Shown piece by piece: positions 28,150 through 41,997 of a stretch of DNA of 64,000 bases (positions are counted from its first letter, which is position 1; the number at the start of each line of letters is the position of its first letter). The translations under genes and the position numbers were made by a program. The notes under the pieces were generated by a model. That model had not been told where the DNA came from, did not search any database, and worked only from the letters and a program-made list of their open reading frames with translations. The DNA lies in contig NC_068998.1 of assembly GCF_001194135.2 (NCBI RefSeq), positions 55,429,888-55,493,887 on the forward strand. The letters run 5' to 3'. This DNA comes from Octopus bimaculoides. Taxonomy: Eukaryota.

Positions 28150-28890
28150 AAGTGGACAAAAGCCCCACGGTTGTATTTTTCGTTTTTTTTTTTTTTCAAC
28201 TTTTACTTGTTTCAGTCATTAGACTGGCCGTGCTGGAGCACCGCCTTGAAGGATTTTTAGTTAAACATATTCACATCAGAATTTTCTTTTATTTTTACTT
28301 GTTGCAGTTATTAGACTGCGGCCATGCTGGGGCACCACCTTGAACAAATTTTAGTCGCAGAAAAATGAGCATTTTAAAATTTTAATTCAAAGTCGTTTGT
28401 TTTTTTTCTCTCAGCACTTATAAATTAATGAGAATGAACCGACGTTTTGAACTTTCTCCGGCCGTTGAAGGCCTTTAAGAATTAAGGGGCCGAAGGCTAG
28501 TCATTCAGACGTACTCCTTTACGTTTTTTATGTTTCTAAACATTTCTTGAAGTAAATGTTTTCCCTTTTGTTAGAATTCAGACACTATGTACATTGACTA
28601 GAGTCTTGTGTTCTGTTATTCTACTTATCTATTTTCGATTGAATATATTTTGTTTATTTAAAAATTGGTATTTTTTGTTTTTTTTTACAATTGCAATTTC
28701 TGTTTTTGTTGACGTGAAATTATAAAAATTCTGTTTTTTTTTTTAAAGATTTGGCTGTTATTTCTAGTATGTGGAGAGGCTGAACTTCATGTGCTGGTTG
28801 AAGATTCTGGGGTTGATGCATTCGACTAAAAATTCCTCACGGTGGTGCCCCAGTATGGCCACAGTCCACTGACTGCAACAATTAAAAAGA
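28150..28890. repeat. Second, right-truncated copy of the 58860-60335 element
   Basis: Colinear similarity, e.g. ctctcagcactta...ttgaagtaaatg...cccttttgttagaattca...tcgattgaatatattttgttta. Confidence 0.75.
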
Positions 28891-28939
28891 AAAAAAAAAC
28901 GAAAAAATAGCAGCAAAATATAGCTGAGCATAAACCCCC

Positions 28940-29525
28940 AAAAAGTGTAAAGACTACCTGCATAAAAAACGATGTAAAGGAAATGCTGATCAATGTGAAT
29001 AACTGGGAAGAAGCAGCTTTGATAAGGGCTGAGTGAACGAAGTGTATGAAGGGAAGTTGTAAAACTTTTGAAGAGGGCTGCCTTGAACACAAAAGCCTAA
29101 AGCATTGGCTTTGAAGAGCCTGTCATCAGAACCTTAATGTGAACATGAAGTGTTGGAGGTGTGTAACATGTGGCCATGTGTTCCTTTCTAAGGTTGGATA
29201 TGTCGATCATCTGAAGTCCCATGAAAGATCAACTGTATGCAATGTTCTCCTTCCTAGAACTGATGATTTGACTTGTGTAGTGTGTAAAAAAGGGGCTTGT
29301 AAGTCAATTTTAAATCAAAAGAGACATGTGGCAGTTTACAGGAATCATATCTCACAAAGTGATCCAATCAGTCCAGTAGGAGTTATAACTTTTGTCTGTC
29401 ATCTGTGCTTCAAACCATGCAGATCTGCAGTGAGACTGACTTGTCCTCTGAGAGGTCATAGATGGAATATCAGAAATGCTATTGACAAAGAGGAAGCTCA
29501 AAGAAACAGTAATCATCTGTGAAGG
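28940..29525 (+). mobile_element. BovB-like RTE 3' end with three C2H2-like motifs
   Basis: NWEEAAFD remnant followed by CVTCGHVFLSKVGYVDHLKSH, CVVC...H and CHLCFKPCRS...H. Confidence 0.7.
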
Positions 29526-32075
29526 TGAAGCATCCATCATGAATGTATGGATGGATAGATGCAAGCATGCATGAATGCATATATATGATGAGCTACCATA
29601 CAGTTTCCATCTTCCAGATTGGTCTAGTTGAAGCTGTTGTAGAATATACTTGCCCAAAGTACCAAGCAGTGTGACTGAACCTGGAATCACATGGTTATGA
29701 ATCAAATTCTGAACCACTCAACTTGTTCTTGAGAATTTCAGTGTTAGCAACTGTATTGTCTTCAACTATGTCAAGTATAGGGTTACCTGTCCGTGGTCTA
29801 CATTACTTGCAAGACAAATATCTTTTATCTTGGAGAGGGGGCATTGGAGAAAGTGATCATGTGTCAGATGATGAAAGGTTATAGTGAGAGAGAGAGAGAG
29901 AAACAGGTGTTTTGCTGTCGAGGAGGTACAAGGTTACCTGTCCGGAGAGAGAGATTAGGAATGAGGACAGAAATAGGTGTGCTGCTGTAAAGGAGATACA
30001 TGGTTACCCAACGTGAGGGAAGGGCAGAAGGAAGTTTTGGTTTTTGTTTTTATACAGGAGCATCTCAGTCAGTGAATCCTTTTCTCACATCACCCTCTCC
30101 CAACTTCCCCACTTCCCAATATCACTTTTCTCTCTTGCTATCCAGAACCATCTCACATTGTTAGTCATCATTCATACATTAATATTGTTCTCCACACCCA
30201 CATGTTATAATGTTCTTCCCATCACTCCTGGCCCAACAAATTATCTTTTCTCATACCTTACACCTGACTATCTATTTACTCTGCTTTCACACCCTGCCCA
30301 AATACATCATCTCTCTTCTTCCCCTATAAATGGTATCATTAATACTACCAGGTCACTAGCATCCCTCTCACTTTCCCAACTCGTGCATCTCCTCCCTTCA
30401 GTTTTTCCAAGGCTTTACAAATGTTGCTTTCCTTACTCTCCCCCATTTCCCCCATCTCTTTCCTCCTACACTCTTCCAAACTCTCACCCACTCTTACTCA
30501 CATCGTGCCTTGAGGTGTCACCTGGACACCCGACCACCCCTGTCTGTCTCATTGGAGATACCACTAAGTCATTCTCACTCTCTCTCCTAAATGTAAGTAG
30601 CCATGGAGCTCCTCTACAACAAGAACCTGTTCAACCTCCTACCCTCATACCTTAACCCCCATCTAACATAAGGACACAGCATTCTCCTTCCTCCTCAGGT
30701 TTGTAAATTTGTGAGCTGCATAGTAAGCTTCATAGTGTTGGTAATAAAATGCAACCGGTACAAACTGTAAAGTGGTTGGCATTAGGAAGAGCAAGCCAAA
30801 GCAGACAATGGAGCTTGATGCATTCCTTGCTCTCATCAGAACCTTACCAAGCCCTCTAACCCATGCTAGTATGGAATATGGACGTTAACTGTTGATGGTA
30901 CTTTTATATTGCCAGATAGTATATTACTGCAGTATTTTGCCAATAATAATGATAAACACATGCACTGGTTTAACACCATAGGATTTTGACAAACAGCTTA
31001 TTGATTGTTTAACTAATGCATGAAGTAAATAAGCAATCGATTAATTGATTAGTTAGCTAGTTAAATAATTACTATCAATAAAGAAGAAGTAGTATTCTTT
31101 TCTACTTTAGGCACAAGCCCTGGAATTTTGGGGGAGGGGGGGCAGTCGATAAGATTGACCCTAGTTTGCAACTGGTACTTAATTTATTGACCTCAAAAGG
31201 AAGAAAGGCTAAGTCAACCTTGACAGAATAAAGAAGTAGTATTGAATGAATGAAACAAGTAAAAGAATAAAAGAATAGTGTATCTAGGACTGCATTAACC
31301 AATATGTCCTAAAAATACCCCGTAAGGTGTGATTTTGGAGAGATATGCTTTACTGCATCCAGCAAGTTTAGTAACTGCATAAGCTTGTTCAGATTCTTGC
31401 ATTTACTTTTGATTAAATCTTAATTATTGTATTACATTTTTGGAAGATTTTAATTAAATTTAAGAATGAATTTTCATTATCAACATTTAAAAAAATTCTA
31501 AGAAAAAATAAAACGCAAATTATATATAAAGCACTGATGAAGTTAGTGATGGCGTATTTGATGTAAGTTCAGAAAGGTTTGACGCAATCAATCAGGATTG
31601 AAATAATTCTAAAAGATAAGGGAGACAACCCTGAAAATTTTATTTAAAATTGGTTACATATTGAATATGTTAGGAAGTGAGATTGGTTTTTGGAAGGGCC
31701 ATGACAACTCTAGACAACTCAGTGAAGCATGAGGTAACTGAGACGGTTAAATTTAAGAATGGTTATAACTTTTTCCTTTTCTTACTTGTGATTGAATCCC
31801 AACCAGAATTGCAATTAGAGTTGAGATTTGAATCAGAGAAAACAATTTAAAAATCAAAGACATATAAAGTTGAAGCAATATGTAATCTGTTTATGGTTGT
31901 CTTCTCATAAAAATAAAATATAATAAAATCTGATTTGTTATTTACATATTTGCATTCATTTACGTGAGCATTGTGTGGTTCACATTCTTGTAGAAAATAC
32001 TATAGATTTCAACTTTCAGCTGAAATACATAGAGTCAACATGGAATATAATGGCCTAACAAATGACTTGACTAAC

Positions 32076-32077
<2 letters not shown>

Positions 32078-32106
<29 letters not shown>

Positions 32107-32740
32107 GTCGTTTAACGTCCGCTTTCCATGCTAGCATGGGTTGGACGATTTGACTGAGGACTGGTGAGACCGGATGGCAACACCAGGCTCCAATCTAATT
32201 TGGCAGAGTTTCTACAGCTGGATGCCCTTCCTAACGCCAACCACTCAGAGAGTGTAGTGGGTGCTTTTACGTGTCACCCGCATGAAAACGGCCATGCTCG
32301 AAATGGTGTCTTTTATNNNNNNNNNNNNNNNNNNNNNNNNNNNNNNNNNNNNNNNNNNNNNNNNNNNNNNNNNNNNNNNNNNNNNNNNNNNNNNNNNNNN
32401 NNNNNNNNNNNNNNNNNNNNNNNNNNNNNNNNNNNNNNNNNNNNNNNNNNNNNNNNNNNNNNNNNNNNNNNNNNNNNNNCTTCTCACGCACAGCACATTT
32501 CCAAAGGTCTCGGTCAGTAGTCATCGCCTCGGTGAGGCCCAATGTACGAAGGTCTTGCCTCACCACCTCAGCCCAGGTCTTCCTGGGCCTACCTCTTCCA
32601 CGGGTTCTCTCAACTGTTAGGGTGTGGCACTTTTTCACGCAGCTATCCTCATCCATTCTCACCACATGTCCATACCAGCGCAATCGTCTCTCTTGCACAC
32701 CACAATTGATGCTTCTAATGTTCAACTTTTCTCTCAAGAT
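32078..32740 (-). mobile_element. RTE-clade LINE 3' end (spans gap)
   Basis: LRWYGHVVRMDEDSCVKKCHTLTVERTRGRGRPRKTW; (cat)n tail at 32078-32106. Confidence 0.9.
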
Positions 32741-33359
32741 ACAACAATTTAAAAGTCATTAATCATTAAAGGAACCTCTACAGAGTCTCTGCACATGCTA
32801 CAAATAGCAGCCAAAACTTGCTTTGTGACCTTATTTCTGAAACACACTGCCTTGTTGCAATTAATTTGTAGAATAATGAAGAATTTAGAGATAATAGCTT
32901 TGTCATTATTAATCTGGTGCTTGAAACAGATCAACATGGAATTTTGATGGAAAATTTTAATTTAGATTACTTAAAAACATATTAGATAATGTAGTCCCAG
33001 GTACATTATGCTCTTAAGGAAAAAATATAAATATGATTATGGCTCAATTGGTTTTTGATCAGTGATTGGTTCAAGAGGGATGATACAGGGCTAAACATAA
33101 TCTACAGAAGATATAATGCAATGATAATCTGGGGGTCTGCATTAGTACCAGCAATTTATCTTTCATCTTTCACTTGTTTCAGTCATTGGACTGCGGTCAT
33201 GCTGGTGCAAAACTTTGGAAGATTTAGTCAAATAAATTGCCCCAGTACTTATTATTTTGGTCACTATTGCTGAACTGGTAAGTTACAGAAACATAAACAA
33301 ACCTACACCAGTTGTCAAGTGGCAGTGGGGGCAAACACAAAGACATACACACTCTCCCC

Positions 33360-33401
<42 letters not shown>

Positions 33402-34829
33402 TGTGACAGGTTTCCACTCATTTTCCATGAACCAAATCTACTCATAAGGAATTGGTCAGCTGATGGCTATAGTAGAAGACACTTGCCCAAGGTGCCATGC
33501 AGTGGGATTGAACTCAGAACCACATTGTTGCAAAGAAAGCATCTTCATCTCCTTAACCACATGGGCATGCCTACGCTAATGAAATAACAAAAAATTTCAA
33601 GAACAAAAAACTATAAAAATGGAATGTAAAAAACAGGAATACACACACACACACGCAAGATATCATCTTCCATCATATAATGGAATACACATACATACAC
33701 ATTAACATTCCTACCAGACACTCATATACCAATCCCAAGCAAGAAAACCATAAACTTGAAATTGAATCTGGCACAATCATTAGAATAAATATAGTATTTG
33801 TTCAGTTTCTTTACAGTCTGTGTTCAAATCCTGCCAAGGTCACATATGCTTTTCATCTCTTCAACATCAATAAAATAATGTAATAGCCAAGTACTTAGTT
33901 TGACAATCCTCTCCCTCCAAATTTTAGTTCTTGTGTCTTTGCTAGAAACTATGACAGCTTACTACATCAAACATGCCATCATATCTACTACCTTTTACGA
34001 TCTTCCTGGGCATTCCAGAAAATTTATTTCCCTTGTATTTATTGCTCCTACACATCTGCATCAAACAAAGTGTACACTCTCTCTTAATTTTCCAGTGATT
34101 CTCCTGCAGCACTTGAGTGTCCATAGTTTGCACTGAGTACACTGTAAAGAATTTCTACCAACACCTTTTCTACATATCAAGCAGGGCCATTTTTCTTATT
34201 AGAGTAGCATCCTGTCTGTATTCTTCTTTACTAAAACTTTGGTTTTTTTAAAGTTTAATGTCCTTTGATTCCAGATTTTGCTTCCACACCAACAATTCAG
34301 ATTCAGCTGTAGGAACAAGGTTATCAGCACAGGGAATTTCCATGGACAGCTGGTCTTAAACTCCTCTGTTATGGCCTGGAAGGACAATGATAAATAACAT
34401 GAAGCAGAGAGCTAAGTCCAGTAGAACTTCTGCTTACACACTAAATTTGTCACTCTATTCTTTGTTTTTTTTCCTCCACCTTAGCCACTGTGTTCAGGAC
34501 CCTTCAAAGTTCTCAGCAGAGTGCCAAAGTATTTTGTCCTGGATATAAATGGCAGGAAAGATCTGTCAGCATCAACCTAGAAAAGGCTCAACTCCACCAC
34601 TTGATGCAATGACACCAGCACATTCTTCAACTGATACTTCCACATATGTTCCAATGATGACAATAAGATCGGATCAGCAGCTACACTGGCCTTCTTCACT
34701 TGTACAGTACGTAAAGAAAAAAGAGAATTTTCTGTCAATGTTACACTGACCTATTTATTTTTGTTTTGTTTTTATTTTTCACATTCCTGGTTTTGCAATC
34801 TTTTCCAACATAAGCGCTTGTTCAGTACT

Positions 34830-35700
34830 TCATGTATAAGATAGCATTGTCCATGAAAACATCTTCTCATAGTGCAATTTAACCAACGTCTTCAATCTTG
34901 CATTCACCCTTTTCTAATGCTTGCTTCTGTTATATACCTCACATCTGCAATTGTTGCACTATTCTTATCATTTCATTCAATTCAGTGACCAAAGTTTCAC
35001 TGGCAGGAAAGTCATGTGGCAGGAATGTTCAGCAATTGCCTAATGTGGTCACACACATTCATTATGTCATAGGATGCTCAAATTACCTGCTTTGTTAGTT
35101 GACATCACTTCCTGGGCATTCTCCCTTATTTCACACTTGCCCAAGTTTGCATACATAAACGAGCAGGTCCATGTTCAACACTGACTGTTATTGCTTATGT
35201 TATCCATCACCAGATATTAGGTGTAGAAGTGATGAACCTGATTTTGAGGCTGACATGAATGAGACGATCAAAACTGCTTAATGCTGTCAAAGAGCTTGCA
35301 ATGAGGTTGCTTTGTGATTACTGTGAGAAAAGCAAGCTGGATATATTTGCCTTTCTTTTTCACACAGAAGTGGGGCAGCTTTTATGTGGAGATGTTCTTA
35401 ATGATGTTTGAGAGTTCATAACTGAACTTAAAACCTTCTTTGCAGATAAGTGAAGTAATTCCATTTGATTAGCACGTTTCTCATTATTCAGTTACTATTT
35501 TTAGCTACGTCAATGCATTGATCAAAGAACTGCAAGTGAAAAACATCAATGAAGGAATTAAGTTTTGGTGATATCAAAGAAATAATTACAAGGAATCTTC
35601 TCAAACTCAAACAATCTGTTTATTTATTTTCTCAAGCTTGATTCACATGTTGTCAGTTGGTTTTAGAAACCTTTCAATGGTAAAATTATTGATGATCCTG
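34830..35700 (+). mobile_element. hAT (Charlie/ZBED-like) transposase remnant
   Basis: Degenerate xVIHHQIL and FHTEVxQLLCGDVL...ELKTFF, resembling HCxxHxxAL and HTEVRWLSRGxVL. Confidence 0.55.
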
Positions 35701-36939
35701 AATAGACCAAACAATTAGGAGGGTGAAACACTTGGGGAATTTCAGTACAAGGTGAATCTTTCATTTTTATTTTCTTAACTGTCAAAAGTTCAGAGGTTTT
35801 CAAAACTGCACATGTGAAAATACAAACACAATGCTTCCTTTTATCCAGTTTGTGAAAAAGGATTTTCTATTCTTTTGAACTTGAAAACAAAATACAGAAA
35901 TTGGCTGGACTCTGAAGACAGTATCAAAGTTTCTCTGATATGGGGGTCAAAAAAAAAAAAAAAGTAAGCAACAACTTCATTTTGATCTTATATATATAAA
36001 AAAAAATGAGTAAAAAATTTTTTTTCAGAACCTTAGGTCAACATTTTTGACTTATTCTTAATTTCTTGATATCAATGGTATTTAATGTTTTTTAATATAA
36101 AATTTTGTACACCATATTAAACAATTTCAAAAGTATTATGTTTTTGTTCACTATGGAATCTTAGTCTTGTGGAGCCGAAGGAAACCTCAGTAATGCTGGG
36201 ATCCTGATGCAGTTACTGCATGCTACAGTACACAGTGAAATGGTTTGAGAAATAAGCAGATGCAGTGTAGGAGTAAAGACTCTTTTGTCTTGTTGAGAAC
36301 ATGGCAGTCTCTCCCCCCACCCCCACCCAGTGCTTGTAACATGATAAAATGAACCCAGTACAATCTATTACGTGGTTGGCGATAAGAAGGTCATCCAACC
36401 TTAGAAACTATGCTAACAATTAAACTTTGTAAGTAGGACATGGTTATCCAACCACTCTAGAAGGAGAGTAGCTCCATATAAAAAAGACTAATTCAGATTG
36501 ACAATCTGTCCAACCTTTGAAATGCATAAAAATGCTGCTGATGATGCTGCTGCTGCTGCTGCTGAAAAGAATTTCTGATCCTTTCACTACATGGTCAATA
36601 GCAATGCTAGAAATAGCAACCGAATCTCACTCAAATTATACCTTACTATCTTAACGAAAAGACAAAAGAATTTATAGGTTCAGTAAGTTGCGTTCTTGTG
36701 AGGAGTGAAAAACTTTAATGTTTCAAATGCAGATTCTTTGATAGAATGGTTAAATACTGACTATACTCGAAGTTTCAAACTTTTCCACACCTCACAGCAG
36801 TTAAACTTATTGACATTTAGAAACTCTTTTAGGTTCTGCCACCATTATTACCTATGCAGACCTCACTCCATGTCAATTTTCACTGATTCCAGATTTTATC
36901 CTTAAAAAAAAAAAAGAGGATACATTTGCAGCAAGAATA

Positions 36940-37560
36940 TTCAGCAATCATCCAATGCCTGGAATGTTGCTCATGTGATCAGTGAATCAGACCAATCACA
37001 AATAGGTTCCAGTGATCATAGCAACTTTTGGACGTGCTCCTTTCGGAACCTTTCATTGTTATAAAAATTGGGACACACGTCCACTTGGCAGAGAACATGG
37101 TAACAGTGGGAGATGAGGGTTAGGGTTAGGGTTGTGGTGGAAGGCAGGAGGCTGAGGTGTTACAACTGTGGACAGTTGGGACACATAAGGGCCAAGTGCC
37201 CCCCCCCCCCGTAGAGGGACCAAAAGAAGATCCAGTGGAGACTGCATCTCTGACAGTCATAACATCAAGAACTGAGAAGGATGGAAGCGAGGAACTTGGA
37301 GTACAAAAGGAAAAAATCAATAGAATGGGCAGAGGTGGGCAGGAAGAAGAGGAAAGGAAGAAAGCAGCGAATGAGTGAAGAAGAGCCCCAACTCATTCCC
37401 CTCATGCTCCACACCCACTCCCCCTGCAACACCAGCCCTCTCCTTACCCCACCAGACATGAACACAAATGGTGCAAACACGCAAGAGCCACAAGTTCCCA
37501 ATTCCCCCATACAGGGAGGGGTATCTTGTCAACGTTATCTGCACACATCTTTCAACTTTC
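36940..37560 (+). mobile_element. Second LINE ORF1 fragment with an intact CCHC zinc knuckle
   Basis: 37134-37200 encodes VVEGRRLRCYNCGQLGHIRAKC. Confidence 0.6.
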
Positions 37561-38900
37561 TATAGTTCTTCTTCTTCTATCAATATTGCCTTCCTATCCT
37601 CCACGTAGACATATGAATGCACTTTCACTCTTACTATTGAGTGTAACGTGATTATTTTTTTCTCTGTTTCAACATTTTTTGGGTACGTTACATAATACCA
37701 CACTCCTTCTCCTCCTCGTATCTTCTTTCCTTTCTCTTGGACTTTTGGTTCTCTCCTTTCTTCCTCCATAAATAGTCTCTCCATCTCACCTTCATACAGT
37801 TGGGTTTCCGACTCTTTCTTTGCTGGTAACTCCACTTACATTTTACTTTCTTTTTCCTTCCAACTGCCCTCCTTCACAGTTTCTTTTCTCACCTCTTCTC
37901 TCTTCTTTTTCTGCTTCTCTGGCGGAGAACTCATTCCTCCGCTCCTCCTTCTTTTCTTTTTAACTATAGTGAATCCCTTCTCCATTTCTTTTTTCTGTTG
38001 CCTTGTCCTGTACTACTTGGTCCACACTCTCATGTCTCTCCTCCTGTTCTGTTTGTGGCTTTCTTTGGGTGCACCGTGCCTTCATGTAGCCCCTTTCTCC
38101 ACTTGAGAAACACAATGGCGGCCTACCCTCCGCAGTAACTCTCAGCTTCACATCTGGCCGCACAATCTCATCCACCACACTATTCAAGTCCTCCGTTGTT
38201 GCCTGAATCGTTAATTCGATCCCATATCCCCAGCAGTTTACCTTCTGGGTCCTTGTAGCCTTCAGAATCTTCCCGTCTTTCATATTATACGTTATGGCTG
38301 TCATCAGTCATTCTTCTTTCAGTTCGGGTGGTACCTTACCCACTCACACCTTGGCCACACGTTTGCCGCAGTACGAAGGCAAGAGCACCCATTCCTCTGT
38401 CCTTATTGCCTCTGCGGAGTGCTTTATTGCTTCCTCCTCCGTTGTGAAGCACACCTCCACAGTGACGTATCTCCTCCTCGTAACGTATGTTGTAAATCTT
38501 TTCAATTCCTTTATACATTCCTCTATGGCTTCTATCGGCGCAAATCTCTATTTTTCTTGTGGCTGTCTTCATGGTTTTAAATGTTACCGTTCTTTTTAAC
38601 ACGTTGGCCGATAATTCTTCAGGTGGCGTTAGCTTCAGAATATTACTTTCCTTAGTAATTAGTTTTTCACTCTCCTTCATCTTTCTGGGCTCCAATTTTA
38701 TTTCGCAGACCTCCAACTCCTGCACGTCTACTCCTTTGCTCGTTGCGGCCGCATAACTTGGGCCTGCCTCCGGCGCCTTCTCTATTTTCCCACAATGGGA
38801 AACAAAACAACAATTAACGAATTAACAACTTTAGCAACAATTCAAATCAATAACAATGGCAACAATTCAATAAACGTTTCAACATAAACTCACGCAATAA
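37560..38900 (-). mobile_element. LINE ORF1 (gag-like, zinc knuckle) remnant, probably L1/Tx1 clade
   Basis: Overlapping minus-strand ORFs ending in VTAEGRPPLCFSSGERGYMKARC (degenerate CX2CX4HX4C) followed by a Glu/Lys-rich tail. Confidence 0.6.
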
Positions 38901-39037
38901 CTTCACAGAGACGGGACACCGCTAAGCGTTTCTGCCAGCTCCTCGCCGCCTTTGATAAAATAAATCAATCAACTATTGGTGTCCATCTAATCAACCATAT
39001 CTTCGCATAACATTTCTAGTCGTGATTCCTTCTAAAA

Positions 39038-39070
<33 letters not shown>

Positions 39071-40984
39071 CTAGTAGTAACTACTATCCCTCTTTCCCTA
39101 TAAGGTTATTATTAAACGGTATTTAAACTAAAAAGGAATTTTTGTTGATCTGTCACCGGTAAAACTGAGAAGGGCTTGTTATGTTATAACACACCTGTAA
39201 TAATTAATTCTTGAAAAAATTCCAATGCGTCTGTTTGGTATTATTCTACGAGTATGCTTACATTTATTCTTTCATTGTAATTTGTTGTCTTAATTGTTTT
39301 CATTTAGAAATATAGCATAATTGATGATCACCTGCACACCTGTTATTAATTTGTGTATAGCTATTCAATGGAATGTCTTTACAGCCACTGCGATTAGGAA
39401 AAGTGTGTGTGAGAAAGTCTATCAAAAGTGAAACTATTTGCTCCGCAATTTCCGTTAACGCTATTTTTCTTTAATTTTTTTTTTCAGTTGAATCGTTTAT
39501 TCTCTCTGTGTTTATGTATATGTAAGTATATTTATGTGCGTATGTATGTGTAACACTTACACATACACACATAGACAAAAAATACATAAATGTCGATAGC
39601 GATTACCTGAGTAGCACCCACTCTTGCTCCCACCCTTACATTTTGTATACATCTTTCTCTCTCTCTCTCTCATGCTTTAACGGCACAGAAACCTACATAG
39701 TGATATTGTTCTTCATTTCATTCATTTATTTGTATTGTATGTGTGTGTGTTAGAGAGAGAGAGGGTGCGTGAGAGCTCTTGTTACCTTTAATTTCCGCGT
39801 AGTCATTTGACAAAATTTTAATCATGAGTTAATTACACTTCCTCATCCGTAATAGGAAAAAGAAGTCGTCTAAATAACATGGGAAACATAAAGGTAACGA
39901 ATGATTAGAAGTGCTTTATATACACACACACACAGACTATATACACAACCACAATACATATATATATATATCCGAATCAAACTTTTTTGAATTATATATG
40001 AAGCTCCCAATAAATATCTCTCTCTCATATATNNNNNNNNNNNNNNNNNNNNNNNNNNNNNNNNNNNNNNNNNNNNNNNNNNNNNNNNNNNNNNNNNNNN
40101 NNNNNNNNNNNNNNNNNNNNNNNNNNNNNNNNNNNNNNNNNNNNNNNNNNNNNNNNNNNNNNNNNNNNNNNNNNNNNNNNNNNNNNNNNNNNNNNNNNNN
40201 NNNNNNNNNNNNNNNNNNNNNNNNNNNNNNNNNNNNNNNNNNNNNNNNNNNNNNNNNNNNNNNNNNNNNNNNNNNNNNNNNNNNNNNNNNNNNNNNNNNN
40301 NTGTGTATATAGTCTTTTAATTTTATCTTACGTAAACACGTAATTAATCCTGAAGAGAAATTCGTAATTGGAATACTACGTTCAGACTTCCCTTTGTCAT
40401 CAAGACTTAACAGCCTGGCCAAAATTAATGATTATCAGTGTGAAAGGAGACGATTTTCAAACATTTATGGATTTTGATACTACTGAACTGCATTAAGCCC
40501 GTGTTTATATTTAGTAACATACTGATATCTTTACAAAGCTTGGCGGAATTTGGGACTACAAGCTATCCCTCGAATCCCATACCTGTGGGAAAGAAAAGCG
40601 TACTTTTTATTGTTTCTTTGTTTTTAGTATTTATGTTTTTCATATAATGGAACTTACGATTCTGAAAAACAAATATTTTTCTCTCCACATCCGTACTCTT
40701 TCCTTTTCGTTGGGGTATGGGGTTTCACGAGAAACTATTCCCAAACTTCTCCAATTGATTTTGGGTTCAATTCTATTACACCTACAGTAACTATTTTCTA
40801 CCAAATTGTTGTAACTGAAATTTTATCGAGAGCAAACTATAAGAAGTCTTTTGGGTGATGGACTTGATCAACATTAATTACCATCGGCTGGACCTAAGCT
40901 GCTTTTAGTAGTGTCCATTTTATTGCAAAACCACACATACCTTCCTCTTTTGACTAAGCTATATCTTTTATTTTTTCCTTGTTT

Positions 40985-41330
40985 TAGTCATTGAATTGCG
41001 GCCATGCTGGGGCGCCACCTTTACGGGTTTCTTTGAACAAATTGACCCCAGTACTTATTTTTTTTAAAGTCTGGTACTTCTGCATTTCTCTTGCTGAATT
41101 ACTAAGTTTCAGAGCTATAAACAAACCAACACTGGTTGTCAAGTGGTACACATACACACGCACACGCTAGGCTTCTACACAGTTTCTGTTTACCAAATTC
41201 ACTCACAAGGCATTAGTTGATCTGGGGCTATGGGAGACGACACTTACTCAAGGCACTGCACAGTGGGACTGAACCTGAAACGTTGTGGTTACAAAGGAAG
41301 CTTTGTTAACCACACAGCCTTGCCAACACC
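40985..41330 (-). mobile_element. tRNA-headed SINE (family B)
   Basis: Reverse complement of the family-B head, body and tail. Further copies near 1200-1400(-), 24520-24620(-), 33160-33570(-), 42880-43180(+), 44490-44660(+), 55050-55270(+) and 56720-56880(-). Confidence 0.8.
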
Positions 41331-41997
41331 TCTTTCAGAGTGATGCTTAAAGCTAGCATTTTTTCGTCTTTACACATCAATCTCTTTCAAAACAATTGAT
41401 TCAACTCTGCCTTTACGTTCAGTTGTATTTGTTGCTGATTAATCAAGGTGACTTCTGATTGAGCACACCTTTGATCACAGGTATTTCTGTGAAGATAGTT
41501 GGGTATGATTTAAGGTAGATTTGTCTTGTTATTTATGGAAGATCCATGAGGTTGCATAAATAGCCACTTGAGCCATTCAGCATCTCCTGCTTCCTTCTTC
41601 TGTTGATTCTTAAGCCTTAATTCTGGAACCTCAGTATCCTGTGTGAGTTTGAATACTAGTTGTTATTGCTATTGTTTAGCCATGATTAAGCAGACTTTTG
41701 ATCAATCCAGCCATGCCCATTCTGTCTTTTTTTTTTTTATATCAGCCAATGTATACTCCTTTAAGACAGTGGCATGTTATTTGAGGGAGAATTGGTTGAT
41801 CTGTCATCTACAGAGCAGTTATCTTATTGATTCAGTTGAATACAGAGATTAATGCTATTGTTTATTGTTTTAACCACATTGGAAATTGTGGGTGGAAAAA
41901 AATACTAACCTCTGTAAGAGGGTGATTCAGACAAGGTGAGTTAATACCGGCTGCCTGTTGTTGGTTTCTGGAAGCAGTAATGAGTATGTATGGTTAG

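Noticed and set aside
30044-30655. 203-aa Leu/Ser/Pro-rich ORF
   Set aside because: Low-complexity pyrimidine-rich repeat (related pieces near 13015-13278 and 48625-48700), no domain motif and no splice support.
37118-37132. (TTAGGG)2-3 run as an interstitial telomere
   Set aside because: Too short, and it lies within the LINE ORF1 coding remnant (VRVRV).
39224-39250. Possible start exon MRLFGIILR|gtatgc for the METTL24-like gene
   Set aside because: Phase-compatible but only 27 nt with a mediocre donor; cannot be distinguished from chance without transcripts.
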